Positions 27,740 through 36,279 of a stretch of 64,000 nucleotides of DNA are shown here, in pieces. Origin of the DNA: Patescibacteria group bacterium (GTDB lineage Bacteria; Patescibacteriota; Patescibacteriia; UBA10025; JAHIVO01); assembly GCA_041650915.1 (NCBI GenBank), contig JBAZKE010000005.1:11310-75309 (forward strand). Reading direction: 5' to 3'. Position 1 is the first letter of the stretch. Each line of letters opens with the position of its first letter. The position numbers and the translations under genes are program-made. A model generated the notes under the pieces. The model worked only from the letters and a program-made list of their open reading frames with translations, was not told the origin of the DNA and ran no database searches.

Positions 27740-28014
27740 GAAAAAAGCATGCCATGGCGAGGAGGAATCCCCTTCTCCCCTCCGCCACTCTGAGCCCACC
27801 GAAGCGCCATCGCGGAAGGCAGGAAAAGAATCCCCTGGCCGGAGGCTTCGAGATCGCCACGTCGCCTTCGGCTCCTTGCGATGACCCAGGGAAAAAGCAT
27901 GTCGTTGCGAGAAAGAATCCCCTTCTCCCCTCTGTCACTCTGACGACGGCGTAAGCCGGAGAAAGAGTCCCCTGGCCGGAGGCCAGGAGATACTTCGCTT
28001 TCGCTCAGTATGAC
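27740..28014. repeat. Cluster of GC-rich palindromic repeats downstream of GIY-YIG gene 1
   Basis: 71 bp at 27833-27903 identical to 28989-29059; GTCACTCTGA...GAAGAGTC and GAGATCGCCAC...GCGATGAC units. Confidence 0.85.
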
Positions 28015-28313
28015 TCGGGGAATAAGTCTTTGCTCAAGTCACGCCACGTGGGATTCAATCCTTTAATGAGCATCACCTTCTTCTTCCGTAACCATCCTTT
28101 GATCTGTTTTTCTCTCGCGATGGCTATTCGTATGTCATCTATTACCTCATAGTAGACAAGCTTGTTTGCATTGTACTTCGCCGTAAAACATTTGTTTACC
28201 TTATCACGGTGCTCATGAACTCGGCGTTGCAAATTATTCGTTACACCAGTATAAAGAACCCTGTTGAATTTATTCGTCATGATATACACGCAGTACTGCC
28301 GTTCCCGTCGCAT
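28005..28313 (-). CDS. GIY-YIG nuclease (YhbQ-like)
   Basis: YCVYIMTN, LYTGVTNNLQRRV.EH, FT.KY, LVYYE, AI.REKQIKGW; start at MRRERQ. Confidence 0.92.
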   Translation of the reverse strand: MRRERQYCVYIMTNKFNRVLYTGVTNNLQRRVHEHRDKVNKCFTAKYNANKLVYYEVIDDIRIAIAREKQIKGWLRKKKVMLIKGLNPTWRDLSKDLFPESY

Positions 28314-28320
28314 AGGATTT

Positions 28321-28953
28321 TTATACGGCATCAAGGTTCTTCGCCCGCCGCGTCCGCCCAGAACGGCAAACGTAGGCCACAATTACTGCAATAATAACGG
28401 TACTGAATGCCCCGATGGTATTGAGAAGCATATCATTGCCCGTATCTGGCCCGTCGCCAAAACGGTTGCCACCAGTAATCAAATCCTCAATGTACTCTTC
28501 CAGTTCATAAAAAACTCCGAGCGTGGACGCGATCGTGAATGCAAACAAGCCCACAAGCCATGGCGACAGCGCGATCTTTCCGCTTTTTTTCAGGAGCCAC
28601 AGCGCGTTGAATGACAGGAGCGCTGCCATTGCCGTGCCGCACAAATGCCCTGCCTGGTCATACCAGTCAAATTTGTTGTACCAGTGCATCGTATCCCCGA
28701 GAGCGTCAAATGATACGCTGAAAAGCGCTCCGGCGAATACGAACCACGGCAGCGGATTGCCAGTAGACTTTTTCACCCGGTATGAAACAAACTCAACCGC
28801 AAGCCACACGAAAAACGCCGTAACGAACAGCCCGAGCCAGGTGAAGTCGAGCGTGAAATCCAGCACCCCAGCGTAGTTAAGCAATTCAAACGATATCCAG
28901 CCCGCAAATCCGAGCCGCATGGCATTGGTGAGCACTTTGTTTGTCTTTTCCAT
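28321..28953 (-). CDS. Integral membrane protein (DUF2238-like)
   Basis: WYD..GH, YELEEY, DTGNDMLLN; multiple TMs. Confidence 0.6.
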   Translation of the reverse strand: MEKTNKVLTNAMRLGFAGWISFELLNYAGVLDFTLDFTWLGLFVTAFFVWLAVEFVSYRVKKSTGNPLPWFVFAGALFSVSFDALGDTMHWYNKFDWYDQAGHLCGTAMAALLSFNALWLLKKSGKIALSPWLVGLFAFTIASTLGVFYELEEYIEDLITGGNRFGDGPDTGNDMLLNTIGAFSTVIIAVIVAYVCRSGRTRRAKNLDAV

Positions 28954-28978
28954 AGTCGATATGTAATTCTATTTATTT

Positions 28979-29301
28979 GTCACTCTGACCCTGGCCGGAG
29001 GCTTCGAGATCGCCACGTCGCCTTCGGCTCCTTGCGATGACCCAGGGAAAAAGCATGTCATGGCGAGCGAAGCGAATGGTCCCCTGCTCCCTCTGTTACT
29101 CTGAATGAAGAGAAGAATCCCATGACCGATGGTCTGATGATCACCACGTCCCTCCTCCTTCTGTCACTCTGACGACGGTGCAAGCCGGAGGAAGAATCCC
29201 CTGGCCGGAGGCTTCGAGATCGCCACGCCCTTCACTCCGTTCGGGCTCGCAATGACAAAGAAAAACGCAGGTCATTGCGAGGAGGGACGACGAAGCAATC
29301 T
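28979..29301. repeat. Cluster of palindromic repeats downstream of GIY-YIG gene 2
   Basis: Shares units with 27740-28014; ends GTCATTGCGAGG...GAAGCAATC. Confidence 0.85.
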
Positions 29302-29600
29302 CATTGGTACCAATCTACCGCTAGGTCCTTCCACTGTTTATTATCCTTTTCAATTAGCTGAACTTTCTTACGTCTCGAGCCTGCTTTCAGTTGCTTCTCC
29401 CGTGCGATTGCGTCCATCGGATTATCAAACACTTCGTAATAAACTAACTTATTAATATTATACTTGCTCGTAAAACCTTTGACTGCTTTTATTTTGTGTT
29501 GGTACACGCGGCCTTCTAAATGACCCGTGACCCCTATATACAAAACCGTATTCGTCTTATTCGTCATAATGTACACGCAGTACTGCCTTTCCTGACGCAT
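29301..29600 (-). CDS. GIY-YIG nuclease (YhbQ-like), second copy
   Basis: MRQERQYCVYIMTN, LYIGVT, FTSKY, AIAREKQLK. Confidence 0.92.
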   Translation of the reverse strand: MRQERQYCVYIMTNKTNTVLYIGVTGHLEGRVYQHKIKAVKGFTSKYNINKLVYYEVFDNPMDAIAREKQLKAGSRRKKVQLIEKDNKQWKDLAVDWYQ

Positions 29601-29665
29601 AGGATGTATTCATACTGCATGAGGGTTCTTCGCCCGCGGCACTCGCTCAGAACGGAAAACGTTTT

Positions 29666-31117
29666 TTACCCCACCTTCTCCCCCAGCATTTGCAGCCGTA
29701 TCCGCTCTATCGCGTCGCGGTACTGCAGGGCGCTCGCCAGCGTGTACGTTACCTGGTCCCGCAGCTGCTTAAGGTACTCGACGTCTTGTACCGTATACGC
29801 CTGCTGCTTCTCCCGCTCTCCGAGCGCGATGAGCCCGATGACCTCATCTTCCGTTTTGAATCCCATGATGAGCGACAGCTTCCGTTTTTTCATCTCTTTT
29901 TCCAGCCGCCCGAGCTGCTGCGCATGCCGTTCATCGACTTCACTGATTATGTGGGGAATCTCGTCGCGGACGAGCGGCCGCCAGTGCGAGGAATAATAGT
30001 GGACGAACCCATTGCCCAAATCGAGCGACTCGTGTATGTATTCGTCAGGATGGTACGTAAGCTTGCCCTCCTTGCGATCCAGCAAAAAAAACTTAAGCTC
30101 CTGTATGCTCAAGTATTGTTTAATGTTATTCACAATCACCTCAACGAGCTCATCAATGCCGGTCTTTTTTGCAATCCGCTCCTTCAGCTCTTTTACCGCA
30201 AGATCAATGCTCTTGCGGTCTTTGAAAATGGAGTTGATAAGCCGTTCGATAAACTTCTTGAGCGGCGGAAAACCGAGCGCGACGAGTACTATGAGGATTA
30301 CCGCTGTCCAGGTTGGTGAAACATTCCACGACTCTTCAATATTTGTTTTCAGCAACAGCGCAAGGTATGTATATACCGCTAATGCAATAAAAAGTGAAAC
30401 TCCGTAAACAATACTTTTTCGGACAACGATATGAATATCCATAAAGCGATAACGAAGCATCGCATACGCACTCATAAATGCGAACAAGAACGTTACACTT
30501 ACTAAAGGTGCGTAAATTAATGGCGACAATCTGCTGTGCAAGGCATTGAAAGCACTTGCAAAAAGTGCGCAACTGATAGAGATACTATATCCAATTAGTA
30601 TATACGTAATCTGCATCCTAGTAATCGAATTTGAGTTTTTATATTTTTTGAATAAAATCAAGAGAGGAAACACTAAAAAGTAAACGACTAAAATAATAAA
30701 ATAGATAATATAGAACGTAAGGTCATACTTGGCGACGTTATACTCAACCATCATCATAACCTTGCCAATCAGTACTAGCCAGATGGCGATTAGGATTGGA
30801 ATGAATAATAGAACTGCATAGAATAACTTAATCTTTTTCGACCTAGCCGGAAAATGAAGGCAAAAAAGCGTGAACCAATACGGAATTAGTGGTGCAACAG
30901 CAAAATCAATTTTACTTAGTATGATATGTATGTGAAAAGGAATGGATGCAATCATTTCTAAAAGGGTGAGAAGAACCCAGGAAAATCCAAATAATAACGT
31001 AATAAAAAAAAGAATATAGGTACTATTCTTTTTCCAATTCAAAAGCACAAAGATGAATAGTATAACATAAGCAAGTACGTTAATTGTGGTTACTACTATT
31101 GCTACTTTGTAATCCAT
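29666..31117 (-). CDS. 7TM sensor-like membrane protein with GAF domain, no kinase domain (paralog)
   Basis: YAMLRYRFMDI; AYTVQDVEYL; ALQYRDAIERI; ATG at 31117 (MDYK). Confidence 0.8.
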   Translation of the reverse strand: MDYKVAIVVTTINVLAYVILFIFVLLNWKKNSTYILFFITLLFGFSWVLLTLLEMIASIPFHIHIILSKIDFAVAPLIPYWFTLFCLHFPARSKKIKLFYAVLLFIPILIAIWLVLIGKVMMMVEYNVAKYDLTFYIIYFIILVVYFLVFPLLILFKKYKNSNSITRMQITYILIGYSISISCALFASAFNALHSRLSPLIYAPLVSVTFLFAFMSAYAMLRYRFMDIHIVVRKSIVYGVSLFIALAVYTYLALLLKTNIEESWNVSPTWTAVILIVLVALGFPPLKKFIERLINSIFKDRKSIDLAVKELKERIAKKTGIDELVEVIVNNIKQYLSIQELKFFLLDRKEGKLTYHPDEYIHESLDLGNGFVHYYSSHWRPLVRDEIPHIISEVDERHAQQLGRLEKEMKKRKLSLIMGFKTEDEVIGLIALGEREKQQAYTVQDVEYLKQLRDQVTYTLASALQYRDAIERIRLQMLGEKVG

Positions 31118-31122
31118 ATCCT

Positions 31123-31839
31123 TGCGCCGTCTCAATAATTAGCGCCGTCGCTCGTTTTTAGCGTACCACCGTCCCCTCCGGTGTCAATCCCGGCTTCTGG
31201 ATAAGCTGTGGATAGTCATTTACAAGCTTGTTCAACCGTAGTAAACTGAGCGTATCAAGAAATACAAAAATCAATATTGTTTCCTCCATGGGCTTTCAGT
31301 CCGTTTGCAGAATGCCTTAACGCCGCATTGAGTCGCCTCAGGCGCGTGACGTGCTGGTACTCCTTCCTCCTTTGTAGCGTGGATGCCGCGACAATCCCCC
31401 CGGGTTTGGCAGTTGCCTGGGGGGAGAATATTTTCTGCCTTTGGCATGGTGCGGACGCTTCACATGGAGTGCGCTCATACATACGGATGCGCATGCAGTC
31501 CCTCCCCGAGGTCATGGCAACCGCCCGGATTGCCAGCCTCATTCCTCGCCGGGGTAGCGTTTCTCGCTGCCCCGTGCTTTTTTTATGCACATTGACGAAA
31601 AATATGGATTTTGTACAATACATCCAGAACGACCATCGGCCCACGATGGTTGTTCTTTTGTTTTCCTCAAGTAAACGATGCATAGAAATGGTATAATTAC
31701 CGTGTAAACAGCACTTCACACGCAAAAAAAGCGACGGCGCACGTATGAGCGCGCGGTCTCGGTTCGCGTGTGTTTACCCGCGTATAGCTGCTCGTTCTGA
31801 ACGTTCTTTACTGCGCCGTCGCACCCTTGCGCCGTCGCA
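31123..31839. repeat. Five copies of (T)GCGCCGTC(GC) in a divergent intergenic region
   Basis: 31123, 31142, 31731 (reverse), 31812, 31828. Confidence 0.7.
31592..31619 (+). promoter_or_regulatory. Putative sigma70 promoter TTGACG-N16-TACAAT
   Basis: Near-consensus hexamers upstream of the 31881 cassette. Confidence 0.45.
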
Positions 31840-31880
31840 AAAAGAGGTGGATAACTTGATTACTGATAAAAAATAATACT

Positions 31881-32609
31881 ATGCAAGACCAGCCAAACGA
31901 GCCAAAGGAAATGTCAAAAACAACCGCCTGGATTATCCTCGGCGCTATCGTTGTAGTACTCGCAGCGGGAGGATACTACTTCCTGGCGCAGGAAAATGGG
32001 AATACAAACAGTTCAAATGCCGTCACGGTTACGAATACAATGGCGAATGAGAACGTAAATGGATCGATGAATGCAAATACTGAGTTGAATACGAATACAA
32101 CTTCCAATACCAACGAGGTTACGAATACAAATACCGAAGTTGATACCTCAGATTGGCTGACCTACACCAACAGCGAGTATGGCTATACCATGCAGTATCC
32201 CAGTGATTGGACGGTGGAAGAGGTTAAGCTGTCCGAAGATCCAGATAGCCGAGGTAGGATACCACCGTTAAGAGCTGTTAAATTTCGTAACGAGAATAAA
32301 AGGTTCTTATTAGTAATGTATTTGAAACCAATTACTGAACTCGGAACTCCATATATGAGCGCATCTCCTGCATGGGATCAAAGTGAATTCAAAATACAGG
32401 TTGGCCAGTACACCATATCGGCAATTAAAGAAACAAGCGAAGGAAGAATTCAAACTATTTATATCCCTGGACCATCGCAATTGGTACAGCTGGGTAGTTA
32501 CGATTTTGCAGCCTATCTCATTGACTACTCCGATAATGACGCAAGGGATTTATCAAAGAACAATGAGTACTATGTAATACTCGAAATCCTCAAAACCCTC
32601 AACATATAA
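31881..32609 (+). CDS. Membrane-anchored PsbP-like protein (third paralog)
   Basis: MSKTT..I...LAAGGYYF, N/T-rich stalk, DTSDWLTYTNSEYGYTMQYPSDW. Confidence 0.75.
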   Translation: MQDQPNEPKEMSKTTAWIILGAIVVVLAAGGYYFLAQENGNTNSSNAVTVTNTMANENVNGSMNANTELNTNTTSNTNEVTNTNTEVDTSDWLTYTNSEYGYTMQYPSDWTVEEVKLSEDPDSRGRIPPLRAVKFRNENKRFLLVMYLKPITELGTPYMSASPAWDQSEFKIQVGQYTISAIKETSEGRIQTIYIPGPSQLVQLGSYDFAAYLIDYSDNDARDLSKNNEYYVILEILKTLNI

Positions 32610-32684
32610 AACAAAAGGAGGATAATAAAAAAACGTATTTTGACAACTAGAACACTGTAACAATCAAACTGAAGGAGGTCTGAA

Positions 32685-35495
32685 ATGTTTTTCAGAACCA
32701 CTGCAATTGCAATTGCCACATTCTTTTTGGTAGTGCCAGCGTTAATCATGGCAGATGAAAATGAATGTGGTGGAGTTGTCTATCTGGGAAACCAGTATGA
32801 TTGCTGTCCCAACGGGAGTAACTGTGTATGGTGGGCATATGCCCAACGTCCTGATCTCGAAGATGAGGGTGTACATGGGTATGGGAAAGATTGGTGGGTA
32901 GACGCTCAAGGTAATGTCAGTACTGGCACTCAAGCAAAGGTTGGCGCTATCGTAGGATTTAGCGAAAACTATTTTGACGATAATCCTTACGGTCACGTTG
33001 CCTATGTACAATGGGTCAACACTGATGGATCATTTGAAGTCTCAGAAATGAGCTGTAATTACGGACCGAGTGGCGTCACTTACAAACACTATACCAGTAC
33101 TGATCAAGGTTTTATCTACGGCGGCCCCGTACCGTTCTACGAACAGCGCTCGCCGGAAGGAGCCATCAACTGGCGGGAATCTCACTTGCTGACCGAAGCC
33201 AATCCCTACTCCGGTCATACCTCGAGCCACCAGCCGTTGTCAGCATTCGGATCGCGTGACCAGTGGGGCATGCACTGGTACCACAATTACATCATTTCCA
33301 GCCAGGACAAGTTCTTCTCCGACGGTACGCCGAAAAACTGCTATGTCCAGGGCTACGTGGGTCGTTCTGGAGGGTATGGGTATGACGGTGCGGTCGTGTA
33401 CGATGCGCTTGGCGGTGCCCGGTCGGCGTACGTTGTCGGCTGGGACCAGTGGGACGTGTGGCATGAGCTGCTGCCGTACGGGGATTACCATTTTGATCCC
33501 GGTGATGGCGGTCCGAATTCATCTTTGGGCATGCCTATCACCAATTCCTATTGGACCGGCTCAGTGTGGCGGCAGGATTTCCAAAAGGGATACCTGTCGT
33601 ACGGAACTGTCCATGGGTACGGTGATGACGGCGCGCTGTGTGCTCCGGGATGGAGCACGTCAGGATGGAATCATCGTTATTCATACCTCTTTACCGAAGC
33701 GTACGAGCGTAATGGTGCAGCGGTTCGGGTCGGTAAATCGTTTAATAAGAACGGGACCAACGGCAAGGTCATGAACTACGTTGGCGATTACCTTATCCAG
33801 TACTTCAGCGGGGGAGTTAATGGAGAGGGAGCTATTGTCTACGACATGAACAACTGGGCAGGCAATCCCGCAGCCACCAACGAGGCCTACTACCTCTACG
33901 GCAACTTCTACACCTACTGGACAACGGTATCTGATATCGGCCCATGGGTACTTGGCGCTCCGACAACCGACCGCACGGGTAACGTACAGTACTTCAAGTA
34001 CGGTCGCATGGTCGATGACAACGGCGTCACCCGGGTATACCTCGGCGAGCAGGAGATCTGGAACAACCAGGTTGGTGCTGTTGGCGGCCTAGACCCGATT
34101 GCAGACGGCCACGAAGACCTCGCCTGCATGTACGGCGGGCGTTCAACCATGCATATCCCGGTATGGCTCTCCGACGGTACCCAGTTTAACCTGGATAACG
34201 GCCTGGCGGGTTGGTACGGATCGTCATCCTGGCCTGTGGCGAATATCCGGCACGTTGTGGAAGGCGATTTCAATGGGGATGGCCTCGATGATATCGCCGA
34301 TTTCTACGACTACGGACTGCAGCCAAATGGCACGTACCAGACGCGGATCCACGTATTCAAGTCAACCGGCTCCAGCTTCGTGCTCTCCGGCGGCCCGCAG
34401 GGGTGGTGGAAAGCAGATGGCTACACTGCCAGTCACGTCGTCCACGCGGTCGCAGGCGACTTCAACAACGACGGTAGGGATGACATAGCCTCCCTGTACG
34501 ACTACCCCGAAACTGAAGCGCGGATCCATGTGTTCATCTCGACCGGATCCTCGTTCACCTATTACGGCCCGGTCGGATGGTGGCACGTCACTTCCGGGTA
34601 CAACACCGATTGCGTGAGGCATATGGCCGCGGGCGACTTCAACGGGGACGGAAAGAGCGACATCGCCGCGGTCTACGACTACGGCGGCGCCCAGACGAGG
34701 ATACACATGTTCCTGTCAACGGGCAGTTCCTTTGCCTACCAGGGTCCGTCAGGATGGTGGAGTTCAACCGGATACTACGCGAGTACGGTCGTGCACGCGC
34801 TGCCCGGTGACTTCAACGGGGACGGCAGGGACGACATTGCAACCCTCTACGACTACGGCAACGGTCAATCGAGGATTCATGTATTCCTGTCGACCGGCTC
34901 GTCGTTTGTGTACCAGGGTCCTACGGGTTGGTGGAACAACATCGGGAGCGGGAGCTACCATGCGCAGAACGTCAAGCGAGCCGCAGCAGGCGACTTCAAC
35001 GGGGACGGAAAGGACGACGTGACGCTTGCCTACCGCTACTCGGCAAATGAAGCCCGGTTCCATATGTTTCTGTCGAGGGGAACGTCGTTTCGCCAGAACA
35101 ACGCAGCAACTGGCTGGTGGTCCAGTACAGGCTTCTCGCTCGATGCCGTGTACGGCATGGTGGCGGGCAGGTTCAACTGGATCGGCTCGCCGAAAATCGC
35201 ACAGCCGGAAGAAAACCGTGGGCCTCTTCCGACAGCCTTCACCCTGTCCCAGAACTACCCCAATCCATTCAACCCTACTACCACCATCTCCTACGCTTTG
35301 CCTGAGGCAACGCACGTGGAACTGCACGTGTACAACATCCTCGGACAAAAGGTAACAACGCTCGTTGACGAATACCAGACTGCTGGCCAGCACGAAATCT
35401 CGTGGGCCGCTGACCAGCACGCGTCAGGCATCTATTTCTACCGCATCAGGGCGGGCGATGCCGTGGAATCGAAAAAAATGGTACTGCTCAAGTAG
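32685..35495 (+). CDS. Secreted protein: CHAP head, LGFP-like region, FG-GAP/VCBS repeats, T9SS type A-like CTD
   Basis: NCVWWAY, YGHVAYV, VSEM (CHAP); repeated GDFNGDG.DDIA; QNYPNPFNP...KKMVLLK. Confidence 0.87.
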   Translation: MFFRTTAIAIATFFLVVPALIMADENECGGVVYLGNQYDCCPNGSNCVWWAYAQRPDLEDEGVHGYGKDWWVDAQGNVSTGTQAKVGAIVGFSENYFDDNPYGHVAYVQWVNTDGSFEVSEMSCNYGPSGVTYKHYTSTDQGFIYGGPVPFYEQRSPEGAINWRESHLLTEANPYSGHTSSHQPLSAFGSRDQWGMHWYHNYIISSQDKFFSDGTPKNCYVQGYVGRSGGYGYDGAVVYDALGGARSAYVVGWDQWDVWHELLPYGDYHFDPGDGGPNSSLGMPITNSYWTGSVWRQDFQKGYLSYGTVHGYGDDGALCAPGWSTSGWNHRYSYLFTEAYERNGAAVRVGKSFNKNGTNGKVMNYVGDYLIQYFSGGVNGEGAIVYDMNNWAGNPAATNEAYYLYGNFYTYWTTVSDIGPWVLGAPTTDRTGNVQYFKYGRMVDDNGVTRVYLGEQEIWNNQVGAVGGLDPIADGHEDLACMYGGRSTMHIPVWLSDGTQFNLDNGLAGWYGSSSWPVANIRHVVEGDFNGDGLDDIADFYDYGLQPNGTYQTRIHVFKSTGSSFVLSGGPQGWWKADGYTASHVVHAVAGDFNNDGRDDIASLYDYPETEARIHVFISTGSSFTYYGPVGWWHVTSGYNTDCVRHMAAGDFNGDGKSDIAAVYDYGGAQTRIHMFLSTGSSFAYQGPSGWWSSTGYYASTVVHALPGDFNGDGRDDIATLYDYGNGQSRIHVFLSTGSSFVYQGPTGWWNNIGSGSYHAQNVKRAAAGDFNGDGKDDVTLAYRYSANEARFHMFLSRGTSFRQNNAATGWWSSTGFSLDAVYGMVAGRFNWIGSPKIAQPEENRGPLPTAFTLSQNYPNPFNPTTTISYALPEATHVELHVYNILGQKVTTLVDEYQTAGQHEISWAADQHASGIYFYRIRAGDAVESKKMVLLK

Positions 35496-35562
35496 CACCG
35501 TCTTTTCCAAGAAAACCTGTCATCCAAATCCCCTGCGGAGCCTCGCTTCTCCGTGGGGGATT
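35327..35562 (+). repeat. ~235-bp inverted repeat, right copy
   Basis: Matches the reverse complement of 11798-12034. Confidence 0.9.
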
Positions 35563-35603
35563 ATTTTAAGTATGTGGTTACAAAATCGTCGGCTCGCAAA
35601 AAC

Positions 35604-36266
35604 TTATTCCACAAACCCAAATCCATCCAGTATTTTAGAGAATTCGGCAGAATATTTTTCTTTGTCATCGAGCTCGCCGACAGAGGCTGAAATCGTGTAT
35701 TCAAAATCATTGTGCCGCACGTATGCGGTAATCGTGTACCCAAGCGAATTTGCCGTCACCTGCACCGCTGGCTCGCTACCGACGACAACCTCCCGCTGCT
35801 CGAGCAGCTCGTCGGCTCCGTACCAATCCGTTTCCTCGGCAACCCACTCCCCGAGCAAGCCATATTCCGCTTCATAAGCGTACACCTCGACCTTCATGCC
35901 CTGTATGGGATCGGCATCAGGCTGCCGCAGCGCGACCGCGTCAATGAATGAGACGTACCCGAACTCATCCGGGCCGTCGATCGCCCAGCCCTCGGGTAGG
36001 GTCAGCGAGTACCCGTCGTCGTACGAGGTAAAGACAGTTTCGCCCTGTGCGGTCTCCCCGATATCGTAACCCCTGCCGGCGGGTGCTGCGGTTGTATTCT
36101 CCGCTGGCACATTCGAAGTATTCAAGAAGCCGTCCTCAAAACCGTACGTCCACCACAACGCCGCACCGATGACGATAACGACGCCGAAAATGATCCGAAA
36201 TATCAGTTTGTCCTGCCGAATGCTTACCTTCATACATTTACTATAACACATATCTGCATCCGGCAC
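35604..36266 (-). CDS. Membrane-anchored PsbP/DcrB-like protein
   Basis: N-terminal TM; GYSLTLPEGW; F.KILDGF.F C-terminus; start may be 36233. Confidence 0.55.
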   Translation of the reverse strand: MPDADMCYSKCMKVSIRQDKLIFRIIFGVVIVIGAALWWTYGFEDGFLNTSNVPAENTTAAPAGRGYDIGETAQGETVFTSYDDGYSLTLPEGWAIDGPDEFGYVSFIDAVALRQPDADPIQGMKVEVYAYEAEYGLLGEWVAEETDWYGADELLEQREVVVGSEPAVQVTANSLGYTITAYVRHNDFEYTISASVGELDDKEKYSAEFSKILDGFGFVE

Positions 36267-36279
36267 AGAAAAGGAGAGC

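Noticed and set aside
27740-29301. CRISPR array or protein-coding short ORFs in the repeat clusters
   Set aside because: Irregular spacing; the ORFs are translations of palindromic repeats
11798-35562. Prophage or integrative element
   Set aside because: No integrase, transposase, structural genes or direct att repeats recognised
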